44,596 nt of DNA from Octopus sinensis (lineage: Eukaryota): positions 1 through 44,596 of the forward strand of contig NW_021834971.1 of NCBI RefSeq assembly GCF_006345805.1, read 5' to 3'. A model generated the notes under the pieces. The model saw only the letters and a program-made list of their open reading frames with translations, did not search any database and was not told the origin of the DNA. How positions within the stretch are numbered: the stretch's first letter is position 1; each line of letters starts with the position of its first letter. Below, one piece after another: positions 1 to 10,785 of this stretch. The translations under genes and the position numbers were made by a program.

Positions 1-10
1 GTCCATCGTG

Positions 11-54
<44 letters not shown>

Positions 55-218
55 ACATATAAATGTATGTGTATCTTTCATATGTACGAAAAAAATAAAT
101 AGTTACCAGGGTAGCAAAAATTCACGTAAGTACAAGGATGTAACAGCCTGCTTATAAAGGTACAATTCCAGGGTTTATTCGGTTAAAATGTCTGATTGAT
201 GCGTTTTGTTTCTTTCTT

Positions 219-311
219 TTTCCCTGATGACAAGATTACACATTGTTTTACATCATTTTATTCCTTCTAGAATATACTAACTAACGTTTTCTTCGAAACA
301 TATGTCGGAAG
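219..311 (+). ncRNA. Type I hammerhead-ribozyme-like motif with long helix II insert (probably degenerate)
   Basis: TTTCC(219-223) CTGATGA(224-230) ... GAAAC(295-299) ATAT GTC(304-306) GGAAG(307-311). Helix I is 5 bp. Helix III is the palindrome ACATATGT. Helix II is AAGA/TCTT, with a C-C mismatch at the core-proximal pair. Confidence 0.5.
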
Positions 312-739
312 TATGAAGAATTGAATAACACCTGCGTTTAACTCCATTTAATTATTTATTTATTCATTCATTTTCTCTCTCTTTATATATATATATATAT
401 ATAGATATATATATAATATATCTATACTATATATATATATAATATATATAGATATATATATATATATATGCGCATGACAGAACTATTTTTGTATTGGACT
501 ATCTTATGAAACTAATATATATATATATATATATCTTATAACATGTTATATACACTTATAATACTTGTATGTATTGTAATATATATTTTTATATAAAACT
601 TTTTCACTGATCTCGGTTCTGTTTATGATCGGCCGAGCATACAGGCATTGATATTCTAAATTTAGTCTTTTCGGTAGACTTAGCTAACGAGGACCAATCA
701 GTTTTGCGATAACAAACGTATATATATATATGTATATAT

Positions 740-1165
740 AGCAAATTAAGGAACGGCCATAATAGGCCGTTCAACCCACTAGAAATAACAGCCAAGGCTT
801 CAACCGCAAAATAGTAGTAATTCCGTAAATCAGGAGAAAATTGGCGCGAGTACGATGATTTTGAAAATTTTAGGTTAGATATTGCCGAAGCGGTAGTGGT
901 GCTGCCTCGTGTAAATATCTCTCCCTCCTGGCTTACTTTACTGATGAATCTGTTGGCCTATGGAAGATTAGCTTGATTTAATTTAATCAGGCTGATTTAC
1001 CATTAAAAAACGATGAAACAATGCATTGTATAAAGTGAAACAGGGTAATTGTTTTTTTTTAATTTTCTCTCCTGATTTACGGAGTTACTACTATTTTGCG
1101 GTTGAAGCCTTGGCTTTTATTTCTAGTGGGTTGAACGGCCTATTATGGCCGTTCCTTAATTTGCT
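740..1165. repeat. Foldback element: ~103-bp inverted repeats (740-842 and 1061-1165) around a ~218-bp spacer
   Basis: The arms are reverse complements apart from 2 substitutions and a 2-nt indel. Each arm has an internal hairpin, GAACGGCC-6nt-GGCCGTTC. Confidence 0.9.
936..1035 (+). ncRNA. Type I hammerhead-ribozyme-like motif in the spacer of the 740-1165 foldback
   Basis: CTTTA(936-940) CTGATGA(941-947) ATC(T)GTT...AACGAT GAAAC(1015-1019) AATGCATT GTA(1028-1030) TAAAG(1031-1035). Helix I is a perfect 5 bp, helix III is the perfect palindrome ACAATGCATTGT, and the cleavage triplet is GUA. Confidence 0.7.
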
Positions 1166-1303
1166 GTTGAATTTATAATAGTCTCTGACTATTTCCTTTT
1201 TCCTCACTAGACCGCTGGTAGCAAATATTTCTTTCTGCTGAATTTTTTGCTACCCTATATTGATTAAATATATGTATATATATATATATGTATATATATA
1301 TTA

Positions 1304-1370
<67 letters not shown>

Positions 1371-1687
1371 GTATTATATATATATAGCTATATATATATA
1401 TATATATATATAGATATATATATATATAGATATATCTATATATATATATATATAATAAGTATCCCAGAAACTGCTGTAAGATTATTTCATTATAAATGTC
1501 CTGAAAATTCCCCGCATCCTTGGCTTTGTTATCTCATTCTGTCTAATATATATATGCATGCTAATACAAGACCCACATTAGACTCCTCACTCGTCCTGTA
1601 TCATTATCGCCAAGAGTTAACGCGGTCTGTCCCTAGCATTTACTTAGTGTTACCTGATAACACTTTGGGACTTCTAGACACCAACAA

Positions 1688-1729
<42 letters not shown>

Positions 1730-1954
1730 ATATATGTATAATTAAATAAGGGTAGAAATTGATATTAATCAATTAAAACCAGTAATGGTTTTATTATATT
1801 TTCGTATATTGTCATTTGTCTTATTTTTAAACTTTGGTTTTCGCTGAATTTTGTTTTTCAGAACACATTCTTCGTGGTAAATGAGGAGTTTGACGTCTAT
1901 ATCTAGCATACAGGCTGTCCACTATTAGTGGTCATTCCTCTTAATTTTGTATAT

Positions 1955-1992
<38 letters not shown>

Positions 1993-1998
<6 letters not shown>

Positions 1999-2430
1999 AT
2001 GTGTTAGAAGCTGCTTAATAATGTAAACATTATCAGTATCGCATAATGTAAGTGCGTTGTAAAATGCTACAAATTTGCATTAGTTTGGTTAAGGGAGACC
2101 CCCCCCCCACTGAAGGACTTATCATGTTACAAAAAACAACACATCCTATCTCATGGCTGGCGACACAAAATCGCTCCGGAATTCAACGAGGCTGACAAAT
2201 TTCCGCTCTTGGGTGTTACTTTTGTCACCACTTCTGAAACGACTCGCCATAACTAGCAAGAAGTATTAAGAATACAAACAGCATAAAATCTATTTACCGA
2301 TGTGAAAAAGCGATGTACAAGGAAAACAAAATTCAAAATTTGCGTTAGAAGCAGCTTAAATAATGTAAAACAACCAATATCATAAATTCAATGTATGTCT
2401 GTTAGTAAATGCTACAAAACTGCAGTATTT
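1993..2430 (+). repeat. Degenerate ~90-100 bp direct repeats (1993-2082 and 2331-2430) flanking a unique ~250-bp segment
   Basis: Both copies share ATTCAAA..GTTAGAAGC.GCTTAA.TAATGTAAA ... TAAATGCTACAAA..TGCA.TA. Confidence 0.6.
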
Positions 2431-2917
2431 TGGTATGCCGTATTTTTTAACACTCTGTATTTTTAACATGATACATCTTTAGATGTAGTAATGTTTCCTT
2501 AGACGAAATACTATAACTTTGTAGCGTTTACTAACACTCATAGATTAAGCATGCAATATTGATAATATATATATTTATGCTTGCACACACACAATCTAAT
2601 AACACCTAATCTCAACCTAATAGCTCATATAACCTGTTGCACATTAACAAATATAAGTCATTAGATAAATGCTAATAGTCTAATAGTTAATGGCATATCA
2701 AGTAATCGCTCACTAATCGGAATGGTAGCAGCCGGCTCATTATCCATCCAGATATAGCATGGTAAACAGTAAGGTTTATTAATTGAGAAATGTCTTTCAT
2801 AAACCTCTCTAGCATATTAGTGACAAGACATTAGATACAATACGTGCAAATTGTGTCACTTGTAAGTAAAAGTGATAATAAAACGGTAGTAGTAGTAGCA
2901 GCAGCAGCAGCAACAAG

Positions 2918-3390
2918 TGGAAGAGCAATGGCACGGTAGTTAGGGCAGCGGGTTCGAGGTCGTAAGAACGCGGTTTCGATTACCAGACCGGGCATTGTGA
3001 GTGCTTATTGAGTCAAAACTCCTAAGCTCCACGAGGCTCCGGCGGAGTGGTGAACCCTGCTGTACTCTTTCACCACAACCTTCTCTCCCTCTTTCTCCCT
3101 ACTTCTGTCACAAAGCAGTGGAACCATGGTGTAACCCACTATGGTGTGGTAAACTTTCAGATCCTAGTCTAGATTGCGAATCCTCTGTACCCCAGGATGG
3201 TTCAGCTCTCCACCCGTTAAAAGCCAACGTTTACGGAATGAGGATAACAACGTAGCTTTCGCGCCCGTGCAACCGCCAGTCTATCGCGAGTGGTGGGTGG
3301 ATCTTCAAGTTGCCGCACGCATTCTTAGTAGCTTAGAGTAGGCTCGGATTAGAGATTATTCTTTGTGGCTAATGGCGTGAGTCCTGATTG
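2918..3390 (+). mobile_element. tRNA-headed SINE, family D (GGAGGCGCAATGG head), tail type 1, followed by (GAA)n
   Basis: A-box/B-box-like head. The body ...GCTCCACGAGGCTCCGGC...CTGTACTCTTTCACCACAAC is shared with the copies at 3673, 5813 and 9652. Confidence 0.8.
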
Positions 3391-3621
3391 GAAGAAGAAG
3401 AAGAAGAAGAAGAAGAAGAAGAAAGAAGAGAAGAAGAAGAAGAAGAAGAAGAAGAAGAAGAAGAAGAAGAAAAGAAGCAACACCAGCACCAGCTGCACTA
3501 GTCGCGTGTTAGATGAACCGGATCAGCAGCTGAAGTGCAGACGCGCGCTGTATACTGTATGAACGTCGTCTTCGTCGTTGTCCTCACCGTCATTGATGTC
3601 GTCGTCGTCGTCGTCGTCATC

Positions 3622-3653
<32 letters not shown>

Positions 3654-3670
3654 CATCATCATTATCATTA
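3391..3670. repeat. Compound trinucleotide microsatellites (GAA)n, (GTC)n, (CAT)n
   Basis: Read directly from the sequence; explains ORFs 3365, 3498 and 3535. Confidence 0.95.
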
Positions 3671-3672
3671 CC

Positions 3673-4013
3673 GTGGCACTCCGTCGGTTACGACGACGAG
3701 GGTTCCAGATGATCAATGGAACAACCCGCTTGTGAAATTAACTGAGCACTCCACAGACACGTGTACCCTTAATGTAGCTCTCGGGGAGATTCAGCGTGAA
3801 ACAGAGTGTGACAAGGCTGGCACTTTGAAATACCGATACAGCAGAAACAGGAGGAAAGAGTGAGAGAAAGTTGTGGTGAAAGAGTACAGCAGGGTTCGCC
3901 ACCAGCCCCTGCCGGAGCCTCGTGGAGCCTTAGGTGTTTTCGCTCAATAAACACTCACAACGTCCGGTCTGGGAATCGAAACTGCGATCTAACCACTGGG
4001 CCATTGCGCCTCT
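3673..4013 (-). mobile_element. Family D SINE, tail type 2
   Basis: The reverse complement carries the family D head and body. The tail ends ...GGAACCCTCGTCGTCGTAACCGACGGAGTGCC and recurs at 30275-30450. Confidence 0.85.
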
Positions 4014-4034
4014 ACATCATCATTATAGTTGTTG

Positions 4035-4083
<49 letters not shown>

Positions 4084-4103
4084 CATCATCATCATTATCA
4101 TTT

Positions 4104-4324
4104 AAGGTGGCGAGCTGGCAGAATCGTTAACGCACTGGAGGAAATGCTTAGCGGTAATCGCCCGTCGCTAAGTTCTGAGTTCAAATTCCTCCGAGGGTCG
4201 ACTTTGCGTTTCGTCCTTTCGCGGTCGATAAATTAAGTACCAGTGAAACACTGGAGGAGGGGGTTCGATGTAATCGACATATCCCCTCGCCAAAAGTGGC
4301 TGTTCTTGTGGCAAACTTTGAAAC

Positions 4325-4330
<6 letters not shown>
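4104..4330 (+). mobile_element. tRNA-headed SINE, family A (GGTGGCGAGCTGGCAGAATCGTT head; Meta/MESC-like central domain) within (ATT)n
   Basis: GTTCAAATTCC B box and GGTCGACTTTGC...TTTCG.GGTCGATAAATTAAGTACCAG domain. A truncated second head lies at 4371-4385. Confidence 0.85.
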
Positions 4331-4369
<39 letters not shown>

Positions 4370-4486
4370 TAAGGTGGCGAGCTGACCGAATATACCAGTT
4401 GAGATCGCGATTGAATGTAATCGATTATTCATTCTCCTCCCACAAAATTTCATCCATGTGGTTATGGTAGAGAAGACCATTATTCC

Positions 4487-4537
<51 letters not shown>

Positions 4538-4589
4538 CATCATCATCATCATAATATCCATATAGATATGAAATGCCAAGGTAACATAC

Positions 4590-4882
4590 CTAACAGCACG
4601 TTTATCTTCTTTTGTAAAAGATGTTAACCTCAAAGTTAGGACTTCAAAATGTTTAAAAGTTGTTTCCGGTTTTAGAAACGAAAGCGTATAGATTTGGTTG
4701 TCGTCAGAACTACTTCGGTGTACTGCATGGAGTAGACTGAGTGATTGCGTACACTCGTGTTTCTTTGTTAGTTTATGAGTCACCCTCATTGTCCTGCCTC
4801 GATAGACGCTGATAACAAGCAGCAGCGACAGCTGCTCTTCCTGTGGATGCTTTTTAGACCATTGCGGTTTGATTAATCGCAT
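4590..4882 (-). CDS. Candidate exon (98 open codons, MRLIKPQW...EDKRAV) ending at a strong donor; product unknown, may be non-coding
   Basis: Non-repetitive island with a stop-free frame from ATG 4882 to the donor AG|GTATGT at 4590/4589. No recognisable homology. Confidence 0.2.
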
Positions 4883-5812
4883 TTGGAAACGTAATGAAAT
4901 GGAGAGGCAGGTTTAAAAGCCAAACTGCGAACTTGATGCTGGCAGCAGAGCTGGGGAACATTTCTCTTTAGTGAAACAGAGTGTGTATAGGTTGATTGAT
5001 TAGTTCGGCTTTTAGACATCGAATCGAATTGAGCAGTGGCCCGGGAGTCGAAGCTTGACGTATTCGTCAAAAGACGTATTTCATCAATGTTGCACCATCA
5101 GCAACCTGCAAAAGGTTCCTCAGAGAAATCGATCAATCAATCAAATTTGTTAAAGAGTTGATTCGATCGGAAAACTTCCAGAAAGTACTGGAAGTTACAA
5201 GTGAGATGTTTGAATCAGAATATCAAACATGATTTTTCAATTTCCTTTTTTCATTTATCATTCGCAAATTCATTTGATTTTTCGTTCAAATGAAACCCCT
5301 TCTGTTCTTATAATCTTCTTGCCAAGGAATACATTTTTCTCTTCATCAATCGCATTCAGTTTCGAAATTGGAAAGGAGTCGTTGCCCAGCTCCTAACTAG
5401 TTGATTGTCTACATCAATTCGAAGGTTAGTGGAAGGCAGCTTTGTAATGCTACAAATCTCATTCATGCACACTATTTTCTTCAGATTAATTTTTAAAAAA
5501 TAAGGCGGAGTGGGAAAAAAATCTTTTAAAAATACATCATTAAAGACTAATTAATCAACACGAGTCGTTTTTGTTGCTGCTTAACCTAGACTTAACAATG
5601 TTTACAACATATTTTACAGACACAGTTTATGCCAAACTAAATTTTATATGCGTACTTTTCAAAGTCAGTAAGGTGTAATTTTTGAGAAGCGTCCCGGTTA
5701 TTTCTTGCTAGTAAAACGACCACGTAGAGGCTCCTTCGTCAGCTCGTAATGAACACGAGTAGTCTATGTTTGGGGAAAAAGAAACATTAAGCGTAGAGTA
5801 ATACATAAGAAG

Positions 5813-6112
5813 TGGAGGCACATGGCCGAGTGGTTAGAGCAGCGGACTCGCGTCGAGGGATCACGGGTTCGAATCTCAGACCGGGTGGTGTGTTTGTATT
5901 TATGAGCGAAACACCTCAGCTCCACGCGTCTCCGGCAGAAAGTAATGGCGAACTTCTGCTGACTCTTTCGCCACAACTTTCTCTCGCTCTTTCCACCTGC
6001 ATCTTGCAGTTAACCTGCGACGGACCGGCGTCTCGTCCAGGTGGGAAACCTATACGCCAAGGAAATCGGGAAAACGCCCCTTATGAGTCAGGCGTGGCTC
6101 GAGAAGGAACAA
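5813..6112 (+). mobile_element. Family D SINE, tail type 3
   Basis: Family D head and body, then ACCTGCGACGGACCGGCGTCTCGTCCAGG (V-SINE-like by recollection) and ...CGAGAAGGAACAAATA. Confidence 0.8.
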
Positions 6113-6190
6113 ATAAATACACAAGAATGTTCTCGTGTCTAGGTTCTAATACGGCTAACTTCAATTTGCTTTCCAATTAAATGATAAATA

Positions 6191-7207
6191 ATTTTTTTCT
6201 GCTATAGGCCCAAGGCCTAAATATTTTCAGGGAGGGACGTTGTCGAATACATCAACCCCAGCGCTCAACTGGGACTAACTTTATCGACCCCGAAAAGATG
6301 AAAGGTGAAGTCAACCTCGGTGGAATTTGAACGCAGAATGTAACTGCAGACGAAATACGGCTAAGGATTTCGTCCAACTCGCCGCCCTTTAATAAATGAT
6401 AAATAATCATTTCTACTGGAGGCACATTGCCTGAAATTTGCGGGTAGGGGACTGTCGATTATATTGACCCCAGTGTTTCACTGGTATTTAATTTATCGAC
6501 CCCGAAAGGATGAAAAGCAAAGTCGACCTCGGTGGAATTTGAACTCAGAATGTAACTGCAGACGAAATACGGCTAAGGATTTCGTCCAACTCGCCGCCCT
6601 TTAATAAATGATAAATAGTCCTTTCTACTATAGGAATACCACCTGGACTTTGTGGGGAGGAGAACAGTGGATCACATCGATCCCTCCCCCCAGTTATCAA
6701 CATGTACTTAATTTATCAACCCCGAAAGGATGAAAGGCGAAGTTGACCTCGATGGAATTTGAACTCAGAATGTAACGGCAGACGAAATACCTGTTTCTTT
6801 ATTGCTCATAAGGGGCTACACACAGAAGGGACAAACAAGGACAGACAAACGGATTAAGTCGATTACATCGACCCCAGTGCGTAACTGGTACTTATTTAAT
6901 CGACCCCGAAAGGATGAAAGGCAAAGTCGACCTCGGCGGAATTTGAACTCAGAAGGTAACGGCAGACGGAATACTTATCTCTTTACTACCCACAAGGAGC
7001 TAAACACAGAGGGGACAAACAAGGACAGACACACGGATTAAGTCGATTATATCGATCCCAGTACGTAACTGGTACTTAATTTATCGACCCCGAAAAGATG
7101 AAAGGCAAAGTCGACCTCGGCGGAATTTGAACTCAGAACGTAGCGGCAGACGAAATATTGTTAAGCATTTCGTCCGGCATGCTAACGACTCTGTCAACTT
7201 GCCGCCC
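6191..7207 (-). mobile_element. Head-to-tail array of five family A SINE copies
   Basis: Central domains at ~6285, 6495, 6715, 6900 and 7083. The separator TAAATGATA(A/G)ATA occurs at 6178, 6393, 6605 and 7214. Confidence 0.92.
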
Positions 7208-7557
7208 CTTTAATAAATGATAGATAATAAAAACATAATATACTAAATGAAAAAAAAAAATTACCAGACTGTTATAAACGTTATGTGCTTGTGTTTATAC
7301 GAATTAAGCGATTATGAAAATATATCTGCAAGTATGTGACATTGGACTCGTTTAAATGAGCTTTAATAGACTAAAAATGTAAACGATAAATATTAAATAT
7401 TAAAGTTACACAGTCGAGTGGTCATGCTTGATTATATACACATTTTAGTGAAATTTATCGAGATGATAAATATTACAGTTGAATTGTACAGGTCCTAATC
7501 TAATGTACCCAGTATAAAATTGTATCTTATAAAATGTTCTTTATAAATAAAATTAAA

Positions 7558-7998
7558 TAATATTTCGTTTCTGGATTTGGTTTGCAAGATTCTTTATGTG
7601 AGTTCGTGTATTGAAGTATTTTCTGTTGTGTCATGGGAGAGTCATTCTCTTTTGGTACCTTAAAATTTTAGAAAAATAAAACAGAAATAAGTGGAAATTT
7701 TACCGGTGAGTGTATTAAATTATAAGGCACCAAAAGAGAATGACTCTCCCCATACCTAACAAAATAAAATAAAATAAATAATATTTCGTTTCTGGATTGG
7801 TTTGCAAGATTCTTTATGTGAGTTCGTGTATTGAAGTATTTTCTGTTGTGTCATGGGAGAGTCATTCTCTTTTGGTACCTTAAAATTTTAGAAAAATAAA
7901 ACAGAAATAAGTGGAAATTTTACCGGTGAGTGTATTAAATTATAAGGCACCAAAAGAGAATGACTCTCCCCATACCTAACAAAATAAAATAAAATAAA
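7558..7998 (+). repeat. Tandem duplication of a ~221-bp unit, each containing a 28-bp inverted repeat
   Basis: Units 7558-7778 and 7779-7998 differ by one T in a T-run. Inverted-repeat arms 7635-7662 and 7723-7750 match at 27/28. Confidence 0.93.
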
Positions 7999-8084
7999 TG
8001 ATTAATAGAAACAGATAAAGATTATAAAAATTATGAAATTATTATAAAATATTGTGTTAATGTGTAATACAGTTATAAGTCATC

Positions 8085-8245
8085 GAGTTGGCCGAATCGT
8101 TAACAAGCCGGGAAAAATGCTTAGCGATAAATTTTCGTTCTTTATGCACTGAGTTCAAATTTCACCGAGGTCTACTTTGCTTCCATCATTTCGGGGTCGA
8201 TGAAATAAGTATCATTTGAGGACTGGGGTCGATGTAATCGACTTA
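8085..8245 (+). mobile_element. Family A SINE (diverged)
   Basis: GAATCGTTAAC..GCCGGG..AAATGCTTAGCG, GAGTTCAAAT and GGGGTCGATGTAATCGACTT motifs. Confidence 0.8.
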
Positions 8246-8617
8246 GGTTTGTATGAATTTCATTCTGGCCCATGTCTTCTGTATCGCGTTTAATAAACGT
8301 CTTTCATTTCCAGAGTGATTTCTGCACCTCAACACTCGCACTGGCTTTCATTTCCTTCATGTTATCATTATTACACACACTCACCTGCATGCACACACAT
8401 TCACATAGAAGAAAAACCCATATTTCAACACAGTTTCACTTCGTTATATCTTTACTTTTATCATATTTATCATCGTACAAACGTCTTTCGCTAAAAGTGT
8501 CACGTGTGTGCCCGTGAGTGTACGTGCGTGCGCAAATATGTCTGTGTGTGTGTCTGCATGTGTCTGTATGTGTGCGCGCGCCTCTGAAAACAAATACATA
8601 ACACAAACACACACATA

Positions 8618-8842
8618 TACTCTTTTACTTGTTTCAGTTATTTGATTGTGGCCATGCTGGAGCACCGCCTTTAGTCGAGCAAATCAGGGACTTATTCTTT
8701 GTAAGCTAAATACTTATTCTATCGGTGTCTTTTGCCGAACCGCTAAATTGCGAGGGCGTAAACACACCAGTATCGGTTGTCAAGCGATGTTGGGGGGACA
8801 AACACAGACTCACAAACATATACACACATGAACACACACACC

Positions 8843-8909
<67 letters not shown>

Positions 8910-9045
8910 ATATACGACGGGCTTCTTTCAGTTTCCGTTCTACCAAGGCCCGAGGCTATAGTAGAAGACACTTGCCAAAGGTGCCATGCAGTGGGACTGA
9001 ACCCGGAACCATGTGTGTAAGCAAGCTACTTACCACACAACCACT
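8618..9045 (-). mobile_element. Family B composite SINE: tRNA head + CORE-like domain, internal (TA)/(TG) microsatellite, conserved 3' module
   Basis: The minus strand reads GTGGTAGTAAGCTTGC...GTTCAGTCCCACTGC..GGCACCTTTGGCAAGTGTCTTC (CORE-like CCTTGGGCAAGT). A microsatellite at 8820-8912 separates it from the module ending GAAACAAGTAAAAGAGT. Confidence 0.85.
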
Positions 9046-9420
9046 TCCACGCCCATATATATATATATATATGTACGATTTCCTGGAAAACGTACACATC
9101 CTCACTCTCATCCTTCACCAAATGTATATGCATATACATATACATTTTGTATGTGTATGTATTGTGAGGATGTGTAGGTTTTCAAGTGAGAGTGGATGAA
9201 TGTATATTTTTAGGCGCATGCACGTGGATGTGCGGGCGCACATGTGTTGGTATGAGCAGGCGCGCTAACGCGAATACTATGAACTTTTTACCCCTGTACT
9301 TTATTCCCTCCCCTTACTTAGCGGTTATTCGAATAGCTCTTTTGTCTTAATAACGGTCAATCACACAGTAAATTCCCTTTGTATAACGGTCATTTTTCAT
9401 AGAATTTTTCCGATGGCCGC

Positions 9421-9479
9421 ATAACTGAAGAGATGGAGGCGTGGATTTCCACCTCGGCATCCGAAACTCGGAGTTTTAT
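9421..9479 (+). ncRNA. Type I hammerhead-ribozyme-like motif
   Basis: ATAA CTGAAGA(9425-9431) GATG-GAG-GC-GTGG-attt-CCAC-CTC-GG-CATC-C GAAAC(9463-9467) TC-G-GA GTT(9473-9475) TTAT. All three helices pair. Confidence 0.65.
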
Positions 9480-9526
9480 CATGGCTACTGAATAATTGTC
9501 ACATATTACATTTACATATATATTAT

Positions 9527-9610
<84 letters not shown>

Positions 9611-9611
9611 A

Positions 9612-9642
<31 letters not shown>

Positions 9643-9651
9643 GATATATAT

Positions 9652-9965
9652 GTGGAGGCGCAATGGCCTAGTGGTTAGGGCAGTGGACTCGCGGTTGTAG
9701 GATCGCAGTTGCGATCCCAGACCGGGCGTTGTGAGTGTTTATTGAGCGAAAACACCTAAAAAGCTCCACATGGCTCCGGCAGGGGTGGTGGTGGCGATCC
9801 CTACTGTACTCTTTCGCCACAAATTTTCTCACTCTTTCCTTAGTTGGCCTGCTCGCTTAGCCAGTGGGGTGGCGTCATTTGAAGGCTAAAACAATGCGAA
9901 GCGTATTGTGACCAGCGTTGTGTAGCAACATCTGATAGCCTGGTCGGTCACGGGGATCACGGTGA
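9652..9965 (+). mobile_element. Family D SINE, tail type 4, inserted in (TA)n
   Basis: GGAGGCGCAATGGCCTAGTGGTTAGGGCAG head and shared body, followed by a distinct tail ending CTGGTCGGTCACGGGGATCACGGTG. Confidence 0.88.
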
Positions 9966-9966
9966 T

Positions 9967-10020
<54 letters not shown>

Positions 10021-10189
10021 ATATATAATATATATATATATAATATTATATATATATATATTCCCATGACTTTGAAACAATTAGTGACATAAAAAGAACG
10101 TAAAATACTAGAACCATTAAGCTGACTATTTGACTAATAACCAAAAAATATTTTATTATTCTATTATTTAATGTATAATCTTATGTACA

Positions 10190-10292
<103 letters not shown>

Positions 10293-10722
10293 GTGTGTGC
10301 GTCTGAGTGTGTGTGCGTCTGAGTGTGTGTGTGTGTGTGTAAATTATGTTCAGTTCCTGTTGTTGGTTTATTGATGGCGTTTCTTTGGTTCTGATTTAGA
10401 ATTTCTTCACTAAAACCCACCAAGACAATATCTCTCTCTCAATCAATTAGACAGTCCGACAATAGAGAGCGATAATACAAGTCAGTTAACTGTCAAACTT
10501 CGTTGTTCGTTGATGATGTTTGAAAATTTAATTTATTTATGTAATCACGAGCTTTATTTGTACATCTATACGAAAAGTAAAGACAAAGATTAAGAGATAA
10601 GAGTAATAATAATATAAAGAAAACGTTAAGTAAAAGAAATAAAGGGAAAATAAATATAAAAGATAAATAGACAAGGCACGCACACAAATACTATAAAGAA
10701 AATACAAGGAATAATAATAATA

Positions 10723-10776
<54 letters not shown>

Positions 10777-10785
10777 TAATAATAT

